The translations under genes were made by a program, and so were the position numbers. The notes beneath the pieces were generated by a model that worked only from the letters and a program-made list of their open reading frames with translations, was not told the origin of the DNA and did not search any database. DNA of 64,000 bases from an uncultured Bacilli bacterium (lineage in GTDB: Bacteria > Bacillota_I > Bacilli_A > RF39 > UBA660), in assembly GCA_944368815.1 (NCBI GenBank), contig CALVXD010000001.1, forward strand, positions 13,093-77,092. Direction: 5' to 3'. The number at the start of each line of letters is the position of its first letter. Within the stretch, counting starts at the first letter, position 1. Shown here in pieces: positions 57,754 to 64,000 of the stretch.

Positions 57754-58287
57754 ATGAAAAAAACTCGAGTTTATGCTGTTATTGGAATATTTATATTGTC
57801 GTTTTTATGTCATTTTGTATTTGACTTTTTCCCTTGTGTTCTAACTTCTATATTTTTCCCTGTTAATGAAAGCATTTGGGAACATATGAAAATTTTATTC
57901 ACTGCCACACTTATATATGGTATAATTGACCATTTCATACTAACTAAAAAAGATATTTCTTTTAATAATTTTTTTTTACAATTATTTGCTTCTGCATTTT
58001 TAGCGATTCCAATATTTTTAATTATTTATATGCCAATACATTATCTATTTGGAGAATTTTTACCGCTTACATTAGTGATTATGTTACTAACTTATATTAT
58101 TTGTCAGTTTATTTCCTATAAAATATTAAATTTTAGAGACATACCTTTGCTAAATCAGTTGTCTATTATAATAATTATTATTATGTATGTTATATTTACT
58201 TATTTGACTTATTATCCATTTGAAAGTTATATATTTTATGATACTACTACAGGTATTTATGGTATAGAAAAAGAATCTCAAAATTAA
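57754..58287 (+). CDS. Hypothetical polytopic membrane protein
   Basis: 177 aa with 4-5 TM helices; no family assigned. Confidence 0.35.
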   Translation: MKKTRVYAVIGIFILSFLCHFVFDFFPCVLTSIFFPVNESIWEHMKILFTATLIYGIIDHFILTKKDISFNNFFLQLFASAFLAIPIFLIIYMPIHYLFGEFLPLTLVIMLLTYIICQFISYKILNFRDIPLLNQLSIIIIIIMYVIFTYLTYYPFESYIFYDTTTGIYGIEKESQN

Positions 58288-58295
58288 TGAGATTC

Positions 58296-59219
58296 TTATA
58301 TTTTTAAGTATTTTTTTACAGCACGCCAACTTCCAAACATACCTACTAACATTCCTATTCCTAATAATAGTAATGAAGTTAAATATACAAATGGATTTGG
58401 TGCTATTAATTTAGCTAATGATGAAGAGAATAATTTTCCTCCAAAATAATCATATAAAGCAATATAACCATAAATAGTAGCAATTATTGGTATAATTGAA
58501 CCTATAGCTCCCAAAAATAATCCTTCTATGATAAATGGTACTTTAATTGAAATATTAGATGCCCCTACTAGACGCATTATTTCAATTTCTGTTTTTCTTG
58601 CAAATATAGCAAGTTTTATTGTGTTAGCGATTAAAAATGCTGTTACTATTACTAATGCTACTACTGCTCCAATACATACTTTTTCAATTACTTTAAATAC
58701 TGTTACTAATTGATCTACTATATCTTCACCATAATTTATGGTATTTACTTTTTCTATCTTTTTAATTTCGCTTACAGTTTCTTTTATTTCTTCAACATTT
58801 TTTACTTTTAACATAAAACTATCTAATAATGGATTAGTATCATCGGTCCATCCATCGACTACTGTTTCAAATATTTCATTTCCTTCTTTTGCTTCGTCAG
58901 CGGCCTCTTGCTTAGTTTTAAATTCAAGACTAGCCACATTATCCATAGATTTCAATTTTTTTTCAATTTTATCAACTTCTTCTTCTGTTGTATCATTATC
59001 TAAGAATACTACTACTGTAACATCTTTTCTAATTGATTCAGCAAAATTCTCTACATTGTATGAGATAACTATTGAAACAGCTACTACTATAAGAGTAATC
59101 GTAATACATGAAATTGATGCTAATGATAAAGGGAAGTTTCTTACTACACTTTTAGCAGCATCTCTAAAATATCTTCTAATTGTTCTAAGCCCTTTCATTA
59201 TAATACTGTCCTTTCTCAT
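58296..59219 (-). CDS. ftsX: Cell division ABC transporter permease FtsX
   Basis: FtsX topology (TM1, large extracellular domain, 3 C-terminal TMs) immediately after ftsE; the start may be the internal MKGLRTIRRYF. Confidence 0.85.
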   Translation of the reverse strand: MRKDSIIMKGLRTIRRYFRDAAKSVVRNFPLSLASISCITITLIVVAVSIVISYNVENFAESIRKDVTVVVFLDNDTTEEEVDKIEKKLKSMDNVASLEFKTKQEAADEAKEGNEIFETVVDGWTDDTNPLLDSFMLKVKNVEEIKETVSEIKKIEKVNTINYGEDIVDQLVTVFKVIEKVCIGAVVALVIVTAFLIANTIKLAIFARKTEIEIMRLVGASNISIKVPFIIEGLFLGAIGSIIPIIATIYGYIALYDYFGGKLFSSSLAKLIAPNPFVYLTSLLLLGIGMLVGMFGSWRAVKKYLKI

Positions 59220-59880
59220 AATCTTTTACAAGTTTTCCTTCTTCAATTACAATTACTCTTTTTTTCATTTTATTTACTATATCTCTATCATGTGTAGCCA
59301 TAATAATTGTAGTTCCCATATTATTTATTTCTTCTAGAACTTTCATAATTTCCATACTAGTATCAGGATCTAAGTTTCCAGTAGGCTCATCACATATTAG
59401 TAATTTAGGTTTATTAACAATTGCTCTTGCAATAACTACTCTTTGTTGTTCTCCTCCTGATAATTGATCTGGATATTGTCTTACTTTATGTTTAAGCCCT
59501 ACTAAATCCAAAACTTGCATTACTCTTTTATATATTTCTTTTTTATCCCAAGCAAAAACTTCAAGTGCAAAAGCTACATTTTCGTATACTGTAAGTTTAG
59601 GTAACAATTTAAAGTCTTGAAATACTACTCCCAATTTTCTTCTTAATATATATACTTTTCTATTTTTTAATTTTGCTACATTAATGCCTCCAATAATTAT
59701 TTCTCCTTTATCTGGTTTTTCTTCACGATAAAGCATTTTTATTAATGTACTTTTACCAGATCCAGAAGCACCAATTACAAAGACAAATTCACCTTTTTTT
59801 ATGCTTAAATCAAAATCGTATAATGCAACTACACCATTTTTATATGTTTTTTGCACATCTGCAATTCTAATTAATTCCAT
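59185..59880 (-). CDS. ftsE: Cell division ATP-binding protein FtsE
   Basis: ABC ATPase Walker A GASGSGKST, signature LSGGEQQR, Walker B LLICDEPT. Confidence 0.9.
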   Translation of the reverse strand: MELIRIADVQKTYKNGVVALYDFDLSIKKGEFVFVIGASGSGKSTLIKMLYREEKPDKGEIIIGGINVAKLKNRKVYILRRKLGVVFQDFKLLPKLTVYENVAFALEVFAWDKKEIYKRVMQVLDLVGLKHKVRQYPDQLSGGEQQRVVIARAIVNKPKLLICDEPTGNLDPDTSMEIMKVLEEINNMGTTIIMATHDRDIVNKMKKRVIVIEEGKLVKDYEKGQYYNERA

Positions 59881-59977
59881 ACTTCATTCCACCTTTTTAA
59901 CATTAATAATTATAACATACTATTTTATTTTTTCATATAGATTTTTTTAAATCCCATAATTTTACAAAAAAAGAGGA

Positions 59978-60868
59978 TTATCTTCCTCCACTAACTTCAT
60001 AAGTATCTGTAATTAAGAAAAATGACTTTTTATCTAATTCTTGGACAAATTCTTTAACAATAAAATATTCTTTTGTAGGAATTGTAGCCATAATTATTTT
60101 GTTTTTTTTGTTTGAATATCCTCCTCTTGCATCAATAATAGTAGCACTATGTCCCAACTTATTAATGATGAATTCCTTTACTTCTTCATCTTTATCTGTT
60201 ACTATATAAAATGTTTTAGATTTTGATACACCAATTATAACTCTATCAGTAACCATAGAATATATATATATTGTTGATAAGGCATAAATAGTTTTATCAA
60301 TTCCAAATACGAAAGCGCCTAAAATTAATATAGCAGCATTTACAATTAAATTAGCATGTCCAATAGACATTTTGCAATATTTATTTAAAATTTGATTCAA
60401 TATCATTGTTCCGCCATTTGAAAACCCTGTTTTTAACATTAATCCAAGGCCTAAACCATATATAATACCTCCAAATAATATTGTCAAAAACATACTTGAA
60501 GATTCAAACTGAATATATTTTGCAAGAAATTCTGTAATCATTATAAAAACCGGATATAAAATCGTTCCTACTACTGTTCTTGTTGTAGTTTCCCATCCTA
60601 AAAAAATTAAGCTAAATATTAATAATATAAGAGATGTTATAGCAATAAATAATGAAGGGTTTATATTTAATAACTCCCTAAATATAATAGATAATCCAGT
60701 TGTTCCACCACACACTATATCATTAGGAGAATAAAAAATAGTAAAAGCTAATGCAGTTAAAAATAGTCCAAATATAAAAGTTATATATTTTTTTATTAAA
60801 TGTTTTGTATTAATATTTAAGATAAGTTCTGTTACATCAAAATTATCTTTTTTATCTAACTTTTCCAT
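59978..60868 (-). CDS. YitT family membrane protein (DUF161 + DUF2179), paralog 1
   Basis: TGFSNGGT motif and a C-terminal DUF2179-like domain (ATIIDARGGYSNKKNKII...ITDTYEV). Confidence 0.7.
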   Translation of the reverse strand: MEKLDKKDNFDVTELILNINTKHLIKKYITFIFGLFLTALAFTIFYSPNDIVCGGTTGLSIIFRELLNINPSLFIAITSLILLIFSLIFLGWETTTRTVVGTILYPVFIMITEFLAKYIQFESSSMFLTILFGGIIYGLGLGLMLKTGFSNGGTMILNQILNKYCKMSIGHANLIVNAAILILGAFVFGIDKTIYALSTIYIYSMVTDRVIIGVSKSKTFYIVTDKDEEVKEFIINKLGHSATIIDARGGYSNKKNKIIMATIPTKEYFIVKEFVQELDKKSFFLITDTYEVSGGR

Positions 60869-60873
60869 TTTAA

Positions 60874-61761
60874 TTACTCCTTATTACTTACCTCATATGC
60901 ATCACATACTAAGAAAAATATGTCCTTATCTATTTCTTTAAGCCCTTCTTTTACTATAAAATATGATCTAGTAGGAACAACACCTAATAATAATTGTTGT
61001 TTTTCATTACTATATCCACCTTTAGCATTTATTATAGTGACCCCACCATTCATAATAGATAACATAAAATCTCTTACTTCTTCTACTTTATCTGTTACTA
61101 TATAAAACGCTTTACTTTGCGAAATACCTAAAATTACTTTATCAGTAAGTATACTAATTATGTACAACACTATTGTTCCATATAAAACTATTTCCCAAGA
61201 AAACACGATCTTAGCGGACAATACAACTAATCCATCAACCATTAACATTGATGTACCCAAACTTACTTTACTATATTTTGATATGATTTGATTTATGATA
61301 TCGGTTCCCCCTGTTGTAAAACCAGTTTTAAATATAATTCCATATCCTATTCCTGTAAGTACTGCTCCAAATATAGCAATAACTATCATTTCAACATCCC
61401 CTAATGGGATATATGCAGTAAGAGGAGATGTTAATTTTACAAACAAAGGAAATATCAAGGATCCTATAACTGAATTTTTTGTTTTATCAATACCTAATGC
61501 AAAAAAACTTATGATTAATAAAACTATGTTACCTATAAAAATAAATAATGATGGATCTACTCCAAATTCATTTACAACTATTGATAGACCACTTATTCCA
61601 AAACATACAATACCATATTGTAAAAAGAATAAATTGAATGCAAATGCAACAATAAAACAACCAATGGCTAATAACATATATCTTCTAAGCAAGTGTCTAC
61701 TATTAACATTTTTCAATATTTCATTTACTCTTTTTTCTCTTAATTTTCTAAAAAATATCAT
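60874..61761 (-). CDS. YitT family membrane protein, paralog 2 (tandem)
   Basis: TGFTTGGT and a C-terminal VTIINAKGGYSNEKQQLL...VCDAYEV; same architecture as the neighbour. Confidence 0.7.
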   Translation of the reverse strand: MIFFRKLREKRVNEILKNVNSRHLLRRYMLLAIGCFIVAFAFNLFFLQYGIVCFGISGLSIVVNEFGVDPSLFIFIGNIVLLIISFFALGIDKTKNSVIGSLIFPLFVKLTSPLTAYIPLGDVEMIVIAIFGAVLTGIGYGIIFKTGFTTGGTDIINQIISKYSKVSLGTSMLMVDGLVVLSAKIVFSWEIVLYGTIVLYIISILTDKVILGISQSKAFYIVTDKVEEVRDFMLSIMNGGVTIINAKGGYSNEKQQLLLGVVPTRSYFIVKEGLKEIDKDIFFLVCDAYEVSNKE

Positions 61762-62853
61762 ACTTGCCTCCTTATCCCTTCTATTATAAATTCTTCTATA
61801 TTTCCATTTAATACTCCTTCTACATCACTTGTTTCATATCCTGTATCATTGTCTTTAACTAAAGTATACGGACACATAACATAACTTCTTTTCCCAGAAC
61901 CAAATCCAATACTCATTTGTCCTTCTTTTAATAACCCCAATTCTTTATTTTGATTTTCTAACTCTAATAAATACAATTTATTTTTTAAAATTTCAATTGC
62001 TTTTTCTTTATTTTGAATTTGACTTCTTTCATTTTGACAAGTAACTACTATTCCTGAAGGTAGGTGTGTTACACGAACTGCACTATCAGTTGTATTTACA
62101 CTTTGTCCGCCTGCTCCACTGCTACGATAAACATCTATTTTTAAATCATTTTCGTTTATTTCTACTTCTATTTTCTTATCAATTTCAGGGACAACTTCTA
62201 CAGAAGCAAAGGAAGTGTGTCTTCTCTTATTACTATCAAAAGGACTAATTCTAACTAATCTATGTACCCCTTTTTCACCTTTTAAATATCCATAAGCATC
62301 TTTTCCAATAATTTTTATCATAACACTTTTTATTCCAACTTCTTCACCAAGTTGCTTGTCTATTTCTTCTACAGTATAACCTTTATCTTTACAATATCTA
62401 GTATACATCCTAAGAAGCATATTAGCCCAATCACAACTTTCGGTTCCGCCTGCTCCAGCATGTATTTCTAATATACAATTATTATGGTCATATTCTCCTG
62501 ATAAATAAGTCTCCAATTTTAATTTTTCTAGTTCTTTTTGTACATCTTTATATTCTGTTTCTATTAATTCATATAAATCTTTATCATTTTCAGTTAACAA
62601 TTCTAACATATTCAAATTATTTTTTATTTTTTTATTTAAAAATTCTATATTTTCAACTTCTCTTTTTATTAAATTTGTTTCTTTTATTATTTTATTAGCA
62701 TTTTCAGTATCATTCCAAAAATTACTTTCTTCCATTAATTTATTATTTTTATCTAAAATTTCTTTTTTACTATCTATTTCAAAGAAACCTCCATAAATTT
62801 TCTATTTCTTCGATACTTTTTTGATAATTATTTACTAATTCTCTTTTTTCCAT
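61758..62853 (-). CDS. prfB: Peptide chain release factor 2 with a programmed +1 frameshift
   Basis: Frame 0: ATG at 62853 gives MEKRELVNNYQKSIEEIENLWRFL, then CTT TGA (62779-62784) with GGAGG 3 nt upstream. A +1 shift continues ...EIDSKKEILDKNNKLMEESNFW into the annotated ORF. SPF and GGQ motifs are present (SGAGGQSVNTTDSAVR). Confidence 0.85.
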
Positions 62854-63024
62854 ATATATATCACCTATTTTAATTATACATTATAAAAATTTTATTTTAA
62901 ATAGTTTTCTGCTTTTTTCATATTTTTTTACTAACAATATTATTTTTGAATTACCTATTAACTCTATATCTAACTAAATAGAAAAAAATAGACCATTAGT
63001 CTACCTTTCTTTTTTAAAAATTTA

Positions 63025-63147
63025 TTACTTTCCACAACAATTCTTATACTTTTTGCCACTTCCACATGTACAGGTATGGCCTGTATTATCTTTATTTATT
63101 ATATTTATGTTATTATTGTTATTTATTATTTTTAATGGACAATACAT
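63025..63147 (-). CDS. Mini-ORF with a SecA-type SEC-C zinc-binding motif (40 aa); possible secA relic
   Basis: MYCPLKIINNNNNINIINKDNTGHTCTCGSGKKYKNCCGK; CxCGSGKKYKNCCG matches the SecA C-terminal metal-binding domain. Weak RBS. Confidence 0.25.
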   Translation of the reverse strand: MYCPLKIINNNNNINIINKDNTGHTCTCGSGKKYKNCCGK

Positions 63148-63302
63148 ACCATATTTTTAGTACATATAGTATTATTGTAATCTATCATTGGATGACAAAT
63201 AGATGACCTTGTCAACATTTCATTTACCTCTTATAGTTTACCATATTCTTTATTTTTAAGCAAATGTGCGATTATTAAATCTATAAATTAGGCCAGTGAA
63301 AT

Positions 63303-63644
63303 TTAATGAAATTCTTTTTCATCTATTAGAGGAATTATATCTATTGCAGGTTCCTCATAAGGATGATTTACCCGTAATTGTTCTATTACTTTTTTTACTT
63401 TATCGACATCACATACAAATTCCAATTTTTCTTCATCAACATATTCTAATTTGTTTAATTCTCCAATATATGGTTTAGCGTTTTCACTAGGTATGAATGT
63501 TCCTGTTACTCTTGTTGATGAAGTACAATAAGAATATTCTCCTATTATCCCAGCACCTGCTTCACAAACTGCTTTTCTAACATTCTCAACATTATCAATA
63601 GGTACTGTTACAAATATCTTAACTCTATTTACATTAAAATTCAT
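63303..63644 (-). CDS. Hypothetical PII-like/Nif3-insert-like small protein
   Basis: 113 aa; the C-terminal HPYEEPAIDIIPL resembles the Nif3-family HPYEE.A.D..PL motif. Assignment tentative. Confidence 0.35.
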   Translation of the reverse strand: MNFNVNRVKIFVTVPIDNVENVRKAVCEAGAGIIGEYSYCTSSTRVTGTFIPSENAKPYIGELNKLEYVDEEKLEFVCDVDKVKKVIEQLRVNHPYEEPAIDIIPLIDEKEFH

Positions 63645-63654
63645 TTAATCCCTC

Positions 63655-64000
63655 CTATTTGTTATTTAATAATTCTTCAAATTCTAAATAATTAGATTCA
63701 GCATTTAAATGTCCTCCACCAGTTATGCAAATTTGTTCATCTGCAATTTTATCTGCAAAATTTTTTTCTACTTCATATTTTACATAAGGATCATTATCTG
63801 AATAGTAGCAAATAATATCACTACAATAGTTTTTAATATCTTCTAAGTTATCAAAATACATACTTTCATTAACAGTATCATATTCTTCATTTATTCCTAA
63901 ATAGTTATTAAAACCACAAACAAAGATTAATCTTTTTACCTTAATTTTATTTTCTACTAAAAATTTACATACAAATATCGGTGCTATAGAATGTGCATAA
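63655..64000 (-). CDS. Alpha/beta-fold serine hydrolase (YdeN/RBBP9-like), 5' end beyond the window
   Basis: Reading frame is open to the window edge; nucleophile elbow AHSIA (GxSxG-like) upstream of the annotated M; C-terminal DPYV...GGGHLN. Confidence 0.5.
   Translation of the reverse strand, partial: YAHSIAPIFVCKFLVENKIKVKRLIFVCGFNNYLGINEEYDTVNESMYFDNLEDIKNYCSDIICYYSDNDPYVKYEVEKNFADKIADEQICITGGGHLNAESNYLEFEELLNNK

Noticed and set aside
63655-63861. Treating the 68-aa ORF as a complete small gene.
   Set aside because: The reading frame stays open upstream to the window edge and includes a serine-hydrolase nucleophile elbow. It is the 3' part of a larger gene truncated by the window.
1-64000. 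CRISPR arrays, rRNA/tRNA genes, or large tandem repeats.
   Set aside because: No regularly spaced direct repeats and no tRNA or rRNA GC islands detected. The only GC-enriched non-coding segments are rnpB, the rpsF leader and the IS relic.

Overview
This is a very AT-rich, low-GC Firmicutes/Clostridia-like chromosomal segment. The left 43 kb is coded almost entirely on the minus strand. It is mainly core housekeeping with Bacillus-like synteny. The synteny blocks are polC, murE, ftsY-ylxM, rny, recA, pgsA, gpsB-rnpB, PFOR, asnS, the cysteine desulfurase/SufU pair, ychF-rpsF-ssb-rpsR, clpP, dnaE, dnaB-dnaI, galU, ftsEX and prfB. I found no CRISPR array, tRNA, rRNA or obvious intact defense island. 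Several small accessory or unusual features sit between the housekeeping genes. (1) A class I Fic toxin with a 50-aa antitoxin ORF that is absent from the ORF track and carries an S-x3-E-N inhibitory motif. (2) An orphan ClpB/ClpC D1-like AAA+ module (303 aa) after ftsY-ylxM, where ffh is expected. (3) A type B RNase P RNA (rnpB) abutting gpsB. (4) A truncated IS200/IS605 TnpB with relic right-end hairpins between the cysteine desulfurase gene and a HIT gene. (5) Two tandem YjcZ-like mini-ORFs (26 and 37 aa). These are followed by a roughly 240-bp element bounded by 41-bp terminal inverted repeats with a 16-bp hairpin inside. (6) A promoter-to-terminator sRNA candidate of about 114 nt, next to a 38-aa hydrophobic ORF. 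(7) A thioester-domain (TED) adhesin with CnaB domains, a VPNTL sorting motif and a small sortase. (8) A programmed +1 frameshift in prfB (CTTTGA), preceded by a 40-aa SEC-C motif mini-ORF that looks like a relic of secA-prfB synteny. (9) A 1895-aa PolC carrying about 450 aa of K/E/N-rich insertions. Coordinates for RNA features, promoters and terminators are approximate, because everything here is inferred from reading the sequence.
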